DNA of 64,000 nucleotides from Bacilli bacterium (GTDB lineage Bacteria > Bacillota_I > Bacilli_A > RF39 > UBA660): contig JAFXHG010000038.1 in assembly GCA_017536505.1 (NCBI GenBank), positions 129,163 through 193,162 on the forward strand. Reading direction: 5' to 3'. Shown here piece by piece: positions 6,684-15,634 of this stretch. The notes beneath the pieces were generated by a model. It did not search any database and was not told the origin of the DNA. It saw only the letters and a list, made by a program, of their open reading frames with translations. The position numbers and the translations under genes were made by a program. Each line of letters begins with the position of its first letter. The first letter of the stretch is position 1.

Positions 6684-9584
6684 CTAATTAAGTTTATCTT
6701 TTGCTGTTATTTCAATAGTAGTATTACCTGCTGTGATATTAGTTGTACCACTTAGTGTTGATATTTCAGGTAATTCTATTGTTTCTTCTGTTGGAGTTGC
6801 TAGAACATAATACATTTTTAATGGAGTTCCTAGAGCATTAAGCACAGTAAGTTTATTTTGTAATTCAGTGACTGTTGTTGCTCCTATCCAAGATTTTTGA
6901 ATTTGTAAACTATTCACATTATTATTTCTCCATCCGATTGTAGTACCTCTAACAGGTATACACAAGTTACTCATTAAAGTATCATTGGAAGATTTTAATC
7001 CTTTTTCAATAGTAACAGTTGTAAATACGTTTTCATCAAAATCAACAAACCCCTCTTCTCCTGTAAAAACCATTTTTTTAATATTTCTAATGATTTTTTG
7101 CTGAGAATAATCAATATAATCAGCAGAATCTCCAACCTTTCTTAAAGGCTCATTCAAGAATACATTAGTAGTTACCTCTTCTGTTCCATTTGTTACTTTA
7201 ACTGGTATTTTATATTTTCCATATGGTTCATATTGTGGCATTGTATCTACACTATATTCTCCTCCTACACACATTACTTCTTCTGGACTTACTATACTTT
7301 TATCAAAATCTAACCTTAAATATACTGCTCCATCCGGTTTAACATAATTTCTAAATATTGTTGAACTTTTATTTTCATAAGAAATTAAATTTTTGTTTTC
7401 ATCATACCAAGCAAAACTTGCGGCGAAATTAATTGATACAGAACTAATATCAATGCAATTTATATAATCTGATACAAATCTATCTGTTCTATCATATAAA
7501 GAACCATTTATTAATGCTTTATTATCAGTAAAATTGTCCTTGCTAAACAAATTAATTGTCTTCTCTCCAACACTCTCAACTTCAATAGGAGACTCTAATG
7601 TAGGTATTCCATTTTGTGTGCTGTTTCCATAAATTTTATAATTAACAATATCTTGATTATTAAGGGTTATGTAAGTGCCTGAGTATGTTTCTAAACCATT
7701 AGAAATTTCAACATTTCCGCTTACATCTGGTATAGTTAATATACCATCTTTATATGTGTAATTATAGACTTTTACACCATCTACTTTTACTGAAACATAA
7801 TCTAAAGCTAAATTACTAAAATCTACTGTTAATGTGGCACTTCCCATTACTTCTGTTGGCAATTCAATATTTGATAATCCCATATTAGTTTTAGGTATTG
7901 TTATTACTGGACGTACATAATGTGTTTCTATAACATCAGGTAAACCTAAAGTGGTAGAAAAAACAGTCCAAGCAAAGGAACTACCTGCTCCTCCTTCAGC
8001 ATTCGTAGATGTCCAATATTGATTTGTACTACCTAACCAAGAAGGAATTGTTGTATTAAGTCCTGCTCCACTTTTATCCCATTCCAAATCTCCAACAACT
8101 TGTGCAACTTGATATGCTGTTGGTGCTGTTACTTCTACATTTATCCATCCTGTGGTGTTATTTGCTATTGTAGTATAAACTCCGTCTGCTTTACAAGTTT
8201 CACCGCCATATTCTCCTGACAAACACCAAGTGGTCTTCGCATCAAGATTACTATCCATTATAAGCGATACTTCACCTGCACTAGTTGTTCCAGTTGTACC
8301 ATCTATTAATGTAGTTTCATCCCCATCTTCTAATACATAAAAAGTTCTATAAACCCCATCTCCTGGATCACAACTATATTTATCTCCTATTGTTATTGTT
8401 CCACTATTATCTGTATCAGTTACAAGTGTACATACATAATTTGGTATATCGATATCTGTATATGTTATTTTATAAAATTGTTGAAAATCAAAATCTAACC
8501 TAATATCATAGAAAGTTTTACTACTATTATATCCACCAGATACATATTTTATTTTTATTTTAAATTGTTTTTTCACGCCTAAAGTACATTTGTCATTACT
8601 ATCACATATTTTTTCATTTAAATCATAATCTATTAACTCATATGTTAAATTTGATGGTAATCCTGTTATATTTGCAATAGCTGCTTCTGCATTACCAATA
8701 TTAGTCACTTCAATATTAAGAATTACACTTGAATCTTTATTTGGTAAATTTATTCCAGCACTTACATTACTAACATTATATTCAGTATATGTTGTTTTAC
8801 TATCAGTAACTCCTATACTACCTTTAGATACTGTTATTACTGGGCGAACACCATGCGAATTAATAACATCATCTGCATATACACCACCTAAAAAAGCAAA
8901 ATCGTATCCTGGTCCATTATCTGTATTAATTGAATACATCCCATCAGTAGATGTCCAATAATCTCCTACCAACCATGATGGAATTTCCGTCTCATATGTG
9001 TCTGGCCAAGTTAAGTTTCCACCAGCAGCAGCTATTTGATATGCTGTTGGTGCTGTCACTTCAACATTTGTCCATCCTGTAGTGTTATTTGCTATTGTAG
9101 TATAAACTCCATCTGCTTTACAAGTTTCTCCATCATATTCTCCTGATAAACACCAAGTGGTTTTCTCATCAAGATTACTATCCATTATAAGTGATACATC
9201 TCCTGCGCTAGTTGTTCCAGTTATACCATCTATTAGTGTTGTATTATCTCCATCCTCTAGTACATAGAAAGTTCTATAAACCCCATCTCCTGGATCACAA
9301 CTATATTTATCTCCTACACTTATTGTTCCACTACCATCTGTATCATTAACTAATGTACAAAATTCCCCAAGAGAAACAATAGGTATCTCGTTTACCCCTG
9401 TTACTCTTATATCTTTTTTTATTCTTACATCAGCTATAAAGCCAGTTATATTTAAATTTGAAGAAAAAGCAGAATATCCAACACTTAATAAAAGAATAGT
9501 TAATACTATTATATACGGTATTAACTTTCCTTTGTTAGATAATATATATTCTTTAGCTTTTTCTAATTTTCTGTTTCTTTTCAT
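6684..9584 (-). CDS. Large secreted/surface protein with a SipW-type N-terminal signal, two Cys-rich EF-hand-loop modules and a long beta-rich C-terminal region
   Basis: 966 aa. N-terminus is K-rich + TM + SVGYSAFSSNLNITG. There is an internal duplication (see repeats). No sorting signal or C-terminal TM. Confidence 0.7.
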   Translation of the reverse strand: MKRNRKLEKAKEYILSNKGKLIPYIIVLTILLLSVGYSAFSSNLNITGFIADVRIKKDIRVTGVNEIPIVSLGEFCTLVNDTDGSGTISVGDKYSCDPGDGVYRTFYVLEDGDNTTLIDGITGTTSAGDVSLIMDSNLDEKTTWCLSGEYDGETCKADGVYTTIANNTTGWTNVEVTAPTAYQIAAAGGNLTWPDTYETEIPSWLVGDYWTSTDGMYSINTDNGPGYDFAFLGGVYADDVINSHGVRPVITVSKGSIGVTDSKTTYTEYNVSNVSAGINLPNKDSSVILNIEVTNIGNAEAAIANITGLPSNLTYELIDYDLNEKICDSNDKCTLGVKKQFKIKIKYVSGGYNSSKTFYDIRLDFDFQQFYKITYTDIDIPNYVCTLVTDTDNSGTITIGDKYSCDPGDGVYRTFYVLEDGDETTLIDGTTGTTSAGEVSLIMDSNLDAKTTWCLSGEYGGETCKADGVYTTIANNTTGWINVEVTAPTAYQVAQVVGDLEWDKSGAGLNTTIPSWLGSTNQYWTSTNAEGGAGSSFAWTVFSTTLGLPDVIETHYVRPVITIPKTNMGLSNIELPTEVMGSATLTVDFSNLALDYVSVKVDGVKVYNYTYKDGILTIPDVSGNVEISNGLETYSGTYITLNNQDIVNYKIYGNSTQNGIPTLESPIEVESVGEKTINLFSKDNFTDNKALINGSLYDRTDRFVSDYINCIDISSVSINFAASFAWYDENKNLISYENKSSTIFRNYVKPDGAVYLRLDFDKSIVSPEEVMCVGGEYSVDTMPQYEPYGKYKIPVKVTNGTEEVTTNVFLNEPLRKVGDSADYIDYSQQKIIRNIKKMVFTGEEGFVDFDENVFTTVTIEKGLKSSNDTLMSNLCIPVRGTTIGWRNNNVNSLQIQKSWIGATTVTELQNKLTVLNALGTPLKMYYVLATPTEETIELPEISTLSGTTNITAGNTTIEITAKDKLN
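8109..8432 (-). repeat. Copy 2 of the intragenic 324-bp (108-aa) near-identical repeat
   Basis: CTLVTDTDNSGTITIGDKYSCDPGDGVYRTFYVLEDGDETTLIDG...TTWCLSGEYGGETCKADGVYTTIANNTTGWINVEVTAPTAYQ. It lies 927 bp from copy 1. Confidence 0.9.
9036..9359 (-). repeat. Copy 1 of the intragenic 324-bp (108-aa) near-identical repeat
   Basis: CTLVNDTDGSGTISVGDKYSCDPGDGVYRTFYVLEDGDNTTLIDG...TTWCLSGEYDGETCKADGVYTTIANNTTGWTNVEVTAPTAYQ. Confidence 0.9.
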
Positions 9585-9585
9585 A

Positions 9586-10740
9586 CTATCCCTCTAAATC
9601 TGTAGCTTTTATAGTTAATAAATATATTATGTTTTCACTTTCAATATAAAAGTAACATTTTTGATGAGAAACTATACTATGATACATAATTGGTCTTTTT
9701 AAATTATCTCTTGCATCTAATAATTCTTCAAATCTTTTAATTTTTATAATTTCTTTATTTGCTAATCTTGGTTCAGTCGGAGTTTCAACTATTAATCTAT
9801 CATATTCATTAAGTATTTTTTTAATATACTTATCATACTTAGAATCTTTAGGCACAAGCATCATTAACAATTCTAGTAGTTTTAGAAGTGACGCTACTGC
9901 AAGTATAAATACAACAGCTGTTAACACTCCAAATACAATATTTCCAGATTTTACTTCTGATTTTTTAACAACACTTTGCGAATTATTTATTCCTGTATCA
10001 CTTAATCCTATTTCAAGTGTTCTTTGAGTTAAAGGAATTGTCAAAGACATTTGTTTTGAATCATTTAAATTTATACTATATTCATCGTTCTGAACTTTTT
10101 TATTAATGCGTACATAAACTAATAATTCACTATTTGCTTCTACTCCAAAAGTAGATTTAAAATTATTTGCTATAGCATTATAATAATCATAATCAATACT
10201 TAAGTTGTCTTTTATAGTATGAATATTTTTTCCAGAAAGAACATCTTGTTCTCCTGTTTTTAATACATATTCTTTTTCATATAATTTATTATTTCCTTGA
10301 TTACCGGAAATAATTAATTTTCCAATGACATCATAATTGAAAGTCATATCTGAAGCATTATCAATAATAAACTGATAATTAAAATCAACATTAATATTTT
10401 TGATTAAACTTGCTATATAATTCTTACCTTTATCAAGATATGGTGTTTCATAGAAATCATTCTCTTTTAAATAAACTTTATAATTTAAATTACCCATTTC
10501 TTGATACTTAGCATATTTTTCTTCTTCAACTTTTAATGATTTAAATAAAAACAAAACACTAAGACCCATCAAAATTGCAAAAGCAAAAAGACAAATAAGA
10601 ATTCTAGCTGTATAACTTAAATAAACATTATTCACTTTATATTTAAATTTATTAATGTTTTTTTGAATTTCACTAGTTTTCTTTATTGCATCTTTTTCTT
10701 TCGTTGTTGTTTTTTTCGCTGTTTTCTTTTTATTCCCCAT
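9586..10740 (-). CDS. Bitopic membrane protein (K-rich cytoplasmic N-tail, TM, about 200-aa external domain, TM, about 95-aa cytoplasmic C-domain); function unknown
   Basis: Start moved to ATG 10738-10740 (AGGTG 6 nt upstream). Two clear hydrophobic spans. Its stop is 1 nt from the start of the 966-aa gene, so the two are probably translationally coupled. Confidence 0.6.
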   Translation of the reverse strand: MGNKKKTAKKTTTKEKDAIKKTSEIQKNINKFKYKVNNVYLSYTARILICLFAFAILMGLSVLFLFKSLKVEEEKYAKYQEMGNLNYKVYLKENDFYETPYLDKGKNYIASLIKNINVDFNYQFIIDNASDMTFNYDVIGKLIISGNQGNNKLYEKEYVLKTGEQDVLSGKNIHTIKDNLSIDYDYYNAIANNFKSTFGVEANSELLVYVRINKKVQNDEYSINLNDSKQMSLTIPLTQRTLEIGLSDTGINNSQSVVKKSEVKSGNIVFGVLTAVVFILAVASLLKLLELLMMLVPKDSKYDKYIKKILNEYDRLIVETPTEPRLANKEIIKIKRFEELLDARDNLKRPIMYHSIVSHQKCYFYIESENIIYLLTIKATDLEG

Positions 10741-10752
10741 TTTATTCACCTA

Positions 10753-11877
10753 CTATCCATTTAACCATACAGTTGGAAGACCTACATATGGTATTGCAAG
10801 ATTTACGGTCCCAATTACCATTTCTTCTTCTACCACATAATTATCTTCTGTTTTATTTGCATCTCCCTTAGTATAAAAATAATAATGGCCATCTTCTTCT
10901 ATAATGTTTATAAGCCTATGTACAACTACAACCCCACTATGTTTAAATGCGATAACTTGTCCTACTTCTAGTGTATCGTATTTATCATCAATTTTTTCTA
11001 CGATTACTACATCACCTTTTTTGATTTTAGGATCCATACTACCACTAGCAATAGCCAAAGCATAATAATGAAAATATCCTGATGTGAAATATACTATAAC
11101 TACCATTAAAACAGCAGGAATAATTATAGATCCAAGATTTTTTTTCTTATAATCTCTTTCTACATCCGCATCTTTTTCTTTTTCAAAAAATTGATATACT
11201 CTAGTTAATAAAATAATTGGTAATATTAAACCTACAATCGAAGTTAAATATTCATTTAAATCCGGCACAATAGGAATTAAATATACATATAATCTTGTTA
11301 TTAATAAGTATAATATTATTGGCTTATAACCAGTTTTCTTTGTTATATAAGTAAATACTATATTACTACTTATTGCTGGAAATAAAGAAAGCGCTATAAA
11401 TATAAAAATATTATACCCAGAATCAAATTTATTATAATATATTGCTTCAGTTACATCCAAAAAAGTAAAAATTATTATAGAAATAATTAAAAGGAGTTTG
11501 TTTCCTTCTGATTTTTTTAATATCATATATCTTAATATTTCTTTTAAAATTATCGTAAGGGTTAAAGGCAAAATAAAAGTTGTTAAACCGTACCAATTAT
11601 AGTAATCACCAGTTTTAGCAAACCCTATAATAACACCTAACAAATAAATAAATACAAAATATATAAGTAAAAATATGATTACTTCAAAAAGAATATCTTT
11701 AGTATATCTATGTCTATCCTTTTCAAATCCAAAAACAAATTTAAATATAACTAAACTTAATAATAAAAATACTACAAAATTATATCCACCTAATATATTT
11801 GATACAAAACTATTTAAAAGGAAAATAAAGAAGATTATAATTTGAAACAATAGCATCTTTTTATAACTCTTTTTCAT
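10753..11877 (-). CDS. ER/archaeal-type (SipW-like) signal peptidase I fused to an N-terminal about 250-aa multi-pass membrane domain
   Basis: The C-terminal about 110 aa carry IASGSMDPKIKKGDVV (catalytic Ser box), VVVHRL and TKGDANKTED (the GDAN box is typical of SipW/Sec11-type S26B peptidases). The N-terminal 250 aa hold about 8 hydrophobic helices. Confidence 0.8.
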   Translation of the reverse strand: MKKSYKKMLLFQIIIFFIFLLNSFVSNILGGYNFVVFLLLSLVIFKFVFGFEKDRHRYTKDILFEVIIFLLIYFVFIYLLGVIIGFAKTGDYYNWYGLTTFILPLTLTIILKEILRYMILKKSEGNKLLLIISIIIFTFLDVTEAIYYNKFDSGYNIFIFIALSLFPAISSNIVFTYITKKTGYKPIILYLLITRLYVYLIPIVPDLNEYLTSIVGLILPIILLTRVYQFFEKEKDADVERDYKKKNLGSIIIPAVLMVVIVYFTSGYFHYYALAIASGSMDPKIKKGDVVIVEKIDDKYDTLEVGQVIAFKHSGVVVVHRLINIIEEDGHYYFYTKGDANKTEDNYVVEEEMVIGTVNLAIPYVGLPTVWLNG

Positions 11878-11912
11878 TGTTTTCCTCCTAAATAATCTTG
11901 TTAAAATATATT

Positions 11913-11940
11913 AAGGGGAACAATATAAATATTGCCCCTT
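11913..11940 (-). terminator. GC-rich hairpin between the major secreted-protein gene and the peptidase gene (terminator/attenuator)
   Basis: AAGGGG(AA)CAATAT-AA-ATATTGCCCCTT. The minus transcript is followed by AAUAUAUUUU. The stem is unusually G+C-rich for this DNA. Confidence 0.55.
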
Positions 11941-11961
11941 AATATAAAGTTAGTTATTTTA

Positions 11962-12657
11962 TTATTGTAAAGTTGTAACTGAATCATAAGTTAAGTTGAT
12001 GTCTCCGAATGCAACTTCGAAATCACCATCAGCTAAAGCAGTTCCAGTATAAGTTAAAGTAACTACAACTTCTTCACTAGCATTTTTATTTAATTGATGT
12101 TTAGCTGCAAGAGCATGATCTTCTACTGTGAAAGTATCGTTTCCAACTTGAACTGAAACGTTAATATTAGCACAAGCATTAGTAACCATTGTAGCATCAG
12201 TTGTTGCTCCAGGAGTACAAACTTTGAATGATCCTAAATCAGCACCTTCAGCACTAACTGCATTTTCAAATTCAACAGTATTTAAATATGCATCATATAA
12301 TCCATCATTAACTGCATAGAATGAATAAGTAACAGTTTGTCCTGGTTCAGTAAATGTAGCTTTAAGTCCAGAAATTACTGAAACACCATCTACATCAGCT
12401 ATAGTAGCATCTGCAGCAGTTGGTAAAACAGCAGTTTCTCCATTAGCTGTTGTAGCAACACCTGAAACAGCTCCGTTTACAACTTCACCACTTACTTTAG
12501 AGAATGCAACATTAAATGTTGAATCATCAGGAGTAACAGTTGCGCTAGATTTAATAGTTAAATTACTAGTAAATGCAGCGAACCCTAGAGATAAACCAAC
12601 AACAGCAACACATAAAGCAACGATTGCAACTACTTTTGAACTTCTTCCTTTTTCCAT
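11962..12657 (-). CDS. Secreted Ala/Thr/Val/Gly-rich protein with a SipW-type (TasA/camelysin-like) signal; candidate major fibre/sheath subunit
   Basis: N-terminus MEKGRSSKVVAIVALCVAVVGLSLGFAAFTSNLTIKSS. Strong AAGGAGG RBS. Locally higher G+C and different codon choice from its neighbours. Sits directly upstream of the SipW-like peptidase. Confidence 0.55.
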   Translation of the reverse strand: MEKGRSSKVVAIVALCVAVVGLSLGFAAFTSNLTIKSSATVTPDDSTFNVAFSKVSGEVVNGAVSGVATTANGETAVLPTAADATIADVDGVSVISGLKATFTEPGQTVTYSFYAVNDGLYDAYLNTVEFENAVSAEGADLGSFKVCTPGATTDATMVTNACANINVSVQVGNDTFTVEDHALAAKHQLNKNASEEVVVTLTYTGTALADGDFEVAFGDINLTYDSVTTLQ

Positions 12658-12669
12658 AACTAACCTCCT

Positions 12670-12728
12670 TTCATATCATATTCACAAGGTACAACAATAA
12701 AAGAGTTGTATTTGAGATATGATATGAA
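12670..12728 (-). promoter_or_regulatory. Structured 5' leader abutting the RBS of the 231-aa secreted-protein gene
   Basis: Perfect 12-bp inverted repeat TTCATATCATAT (12670-12681) / ATATGATATGAA (12717-12728), with an inner 6-bp stem TACAAC/GTTGTA. The RBS is at 12663-12670. Candidate promoter: TTGACA (12795-12800), N17, TAAACT (12772-12777). Confidence 0.4.
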
Positions 12729-12811
12729 TTTTAAATCACTTACTCATACTCTCTCAACCTTGTCTATTATAAGTTTACAATTTATTACCAATTTTGTCAA
12801 TATTTTTTATA

Positions 12812-12842
12812 ATAAAAAATAAAAAAGATATTTCTATCTTTT
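12812..12842 (-). terminator. Intrinsic terminator of xfp
   Basis: AAAAAAGATA-TTTC-TATCTTTTTT hairpin immediately after the TAA stop, followed by a U-run on the minus transcript. Confidence 0.65.
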
Positions 12843-15203
12843 TTATTTCCATTTCCAATTCTTAATTTCTGGCATATCTTCACCATATTCTTTTATATAT
12901 TGTTTATGTTCAACTAACTTATCCTTACACCATTGCATTAATCTTGATCCCCTATTACCTAATTGTGGTAAATATTTTAATGCATCAATAACTAAATTAA
13001 ATCTATCTAATTTATTTTGAACTCTCATATCAAATGGTGTTGTTATAGTACCTTCTTCTTGATATCCGTGTACGTGGATATTTTCATTTTCTCTATCATA
13101 CACTAACTGATGAATTAAAGAACCATATCCATGGAATGCGAATATAATTGGTTTATCTTTAGTAAAGATTGAATTATAATCCAAATCTGTTAATCCATGT
13201 GGATGTTTTCTATTTGATTCAAGTCTCATTAAATCTACTACATTAACAAACCTTATCTTTATTTCAGGAAAATTTTCTCTTAAAATAGATGTTGCAGCAA
13301 GTGCTTCTAATGTAGGTGTATCTCCTGCACATGCCATTATTAAATCAGGTTCAGCATCTTGATCATTACTTGCCCAATCCCAGATACCAATACCATTTGT
13401 ACAATGCTTAACAGCTTGTTCCATTGTTAACCATTGGGGCCTTGGATGTTTAGAAGCAACTATTACATTTATATAATTTTTACTTCTTATACAATGATCA
13501 AAGCAAGATAATAAACAGTTTGCATCTGGTGGCAAATACATTCTAACTACATCAGACTTTTTAGTAACTAAATGATTTAAGAAACCTGGGTCTTGATGTG
13601 TATATCCATTATGATCTTGTTGCCACACATGAGATGTTAAAACATAATTTAGTGAAGCAATTTTATGTCTCCATGGGAGTTCACTTGTTACTTTTAACCA
13701 TTTAGCATGTTGACTAGTCATAGAATCTACTATTCTTATAAACGCTTCATAAGAATTAAAGAATCCATGTCGCCCTGTTAAAAGATATCCTTCAAGCATG
13801 CCTTCACAAGTATGTTCTGAAAGCATTGTATCAATTACTCTTCCATTAGGTGAAATAAATTCATCATTTGGCATGTTAGTCCCTGTAAATTGTCTATTAG
13901 TTTCTTCAAACATATATTTAAGTCTATTAGACATAGCTTCGTCAGGACCAAACACTCTAAAGTTTTTATTATCATCATTATATTTTATTATATCTCTTAC
14001 AAATTTACCAAGTTCCATCATATCTTGAACTTCCACACTACCTGGGAAATCTAAAGCAACACCATATTCTTTAAAATCAGGCATTCTTAGTTCTTTTAAA
14101 AGTTGTCCCCCATTTGCAATAGGATTTACACCCATTCTTTGATTGCCTTTTGGACACAATTCTTTTAATTCGTTTATTAATTTACCATTTTCATCAAATA
14201 ATTCTTCTGGTTTATAGCTTTTCATCCAAGATTCTAAAGCTTTTACATCTTCTTCTGTATCTATTGTTATTGGAACTTGATGTGCTCTAAAAGTACCTTC
14301 TACTTCAAGTCCATCAACAATTTTAGGTCCAGTCCATCCTTTTGGAGTTTTTAATACTATCATTGGCCATAATGGTCTATTAGTATTATTTCTTTCATTA
14401 GCATCTTTTTTTATTTCTTTGATCATTGAGATACACTTATCCAAAGCTGAAGCCATTCTTTCATGTTTTTCATAAGTATCTAAAGAATCATCAACCTCAA
14501 CAATTATTGGTGTATAACCACATCCATAAAAGAAAAATTTTAATTCTTGTTCAGATATTCTAGAAAATACTGTTGGATTTGAAATTTTATACCCATTTAA
14601 ATGCAATATAGGAAGAACCACTCCATCAGTTTTTGGATTTATAAATTTATTTAATTGCCAAGAAGTAGCTAATGGTCCTGTTTCAGCTTCCCCATCTCCC
14701 ACTACGCAAGCAACTATTAAATCAGGGTTATCTAATACCGCACCAAAAGAATGTGCTAAAGAATATCCTAATTCTCCACCTTCGTTTATAGAACCTGGAG
14801 TTTCTGGTGCTACGTGACTTGAAATTCCTCCTGGGAAAGAAAATTGTTTAAATAGCTTTCTCATTCCTTCTTCATCTTCTGTTATATTAGGATAAACTTC
14901 AGAATAGGAACCTTCTAAATAAACATTAGACACAATTGCATTACCACCATGCCCTGGTCCTGATACATAAATCATATTAAGATCATTTTCTTTTATTATT
15001 CTATTTAAATGTGTGTATATAAAATTTTGACCTGGAATTGTTCCCCAGTGCCCTACTATTTTTCTTTTAATATCACTTTTTTCAAGTGGTCTTCTAAGTA
15101 AAGGATTATCTAGTAAGTAAAGTTGTCCTACAGACAAATAATTAGTCGCCCTAAAATAGGCATCTAACTTTAAAGCCATTTCCTCTGTTAATGTTCTTTC
15201 CAC
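12843..15203 (-). CDS. xfp: Xylulose-5-phosphate/fructose-6-phosphate phosphoketolase
   Basis: 786 aa. [17 protein letters not shown] and TPP-enzyme motifs, full-length family architecture. Confidence 0.92.
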   Translation of the reverse strand: MERTLTEEMALKLDAYFRATNYLSVGQLYLLDNPLLRRPLEKSDIKRKIVGHWGTIPGQNFIYTHLNRIIKENDLNMIYVSGPGHGGNAIVSNVYLEGSYSEVYPNITEDEEGMRKLFKQFSFPGGISSHVAPETPGSINEGGELGYSLAHSFGAVLDNPDLIVACVVGDGEAETGPLATSWQLNKFINPKTDGVVLPILHLNGYKISNPTVFSRISEQELKFFFYGCGYTPIIVEVDDSLDTYEKHERMASALDKCISMIKEIKKDANERNNTNRPLWPMIVLKTPKGWTGPKIVDGLEVEGTFRAHQVPITIDTEEDVKALESWMKSYKPEELFDENGKLINELKELCPKGNQRMGVNPIANGGQLLKELRMPDFKEYGVALDFPGSVEVQDMMELGKFVRDIIKYNDDNKNFRVFGPDEAMSNRLKYMFEETNRQFTGTNMPNDEFISPNGRVIDTMLSEHTCEGMLEGYLLTGRHGFFNSYEAFIRIVDSMTSQHAKWLKVTSELPWRHKIASLNYVLTSHVWQQDHNGYTHQDPGFLNHLVTKKSDVVRMYLPPDANCLLSCFDHCIRSKNYINVIVASKHPRPQWLTMEQAVKHCTNGIGIWDWASNDQDAEPDLIMACAGDTPTLEALAATSILRENFPEIKIRFVNVVDLMRLESNRKHPHGLTDLDYNSIFTKDKPIIFAFHGYGSLIHQLVYDRENENIHVHGYQEEGTITTPFDMRVQNKLDRFNLVIDALKYLPQLGNRGSRLMQWCKDKLVEHKQYIKEYGEDMPEIKNWKWK

Positions 15204-15325
15204 ATATATCGCCTCTCTTTATTCTAAATATATTATATACTATTTTTAATTTTATAACAATAATATTTTAGGATATTGTATTTAATTTTATTATTTAGTA
15301 AAATATAAATAATGGAGGTATTAAT

Positions 15326-15634
15326 ATGATAAATATTGAAAATAATTTTAAAGAAGAAGTTTTAAATAACACAGGATTAACAGTTGTAGATTTTTGGGCA
15401 CCTTGGTGTGGACCTTGTAAAATGTTTGGTCCTATATTTGAAAACATTTCTAATACTAAAAATAATATTAAATTTTGTAAATTTAATGTAGATGAAGATA
15501 CTGAAAACATTTCTAAGCAGTTTGGTATTATGTCTATCCCTACTATAGTACTATTCAAAGATGGTAAAGAAATAAAAAGAAATATTGGGTTTTTAGATGA
15601 AGATTCTTTAAATGAATTCTTAGGTGATAATTAA
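15326..15634 (+). CDS. trxA: Thioredoxin
   Basis: WAPWCGPCK active site, 102 aa. Confidence 0.92.
   Translation: MINIENNFKEEVLNNTGLTVVDFWAPWCGPCKMFGPIFENISNTKNNIKFCKFNVDEDTENISKQFGIMSIPTIVLFKDGKEIKRNIGFLDEDSLNEFLGDN

Noticed and set aside
15295-15558. 87-aa minus-strand ORF overlapping trxA, and the 68-aa plus-strand ORF 16576-16782 overlapping tRNA-His
   Set aside because: The first is antisense to the thioredoxin gene with its WCGPC site. The second is the reverse complement of a well-formed tRNA plus intergenic DNA. Neither has an RBS or recognisable motifs.
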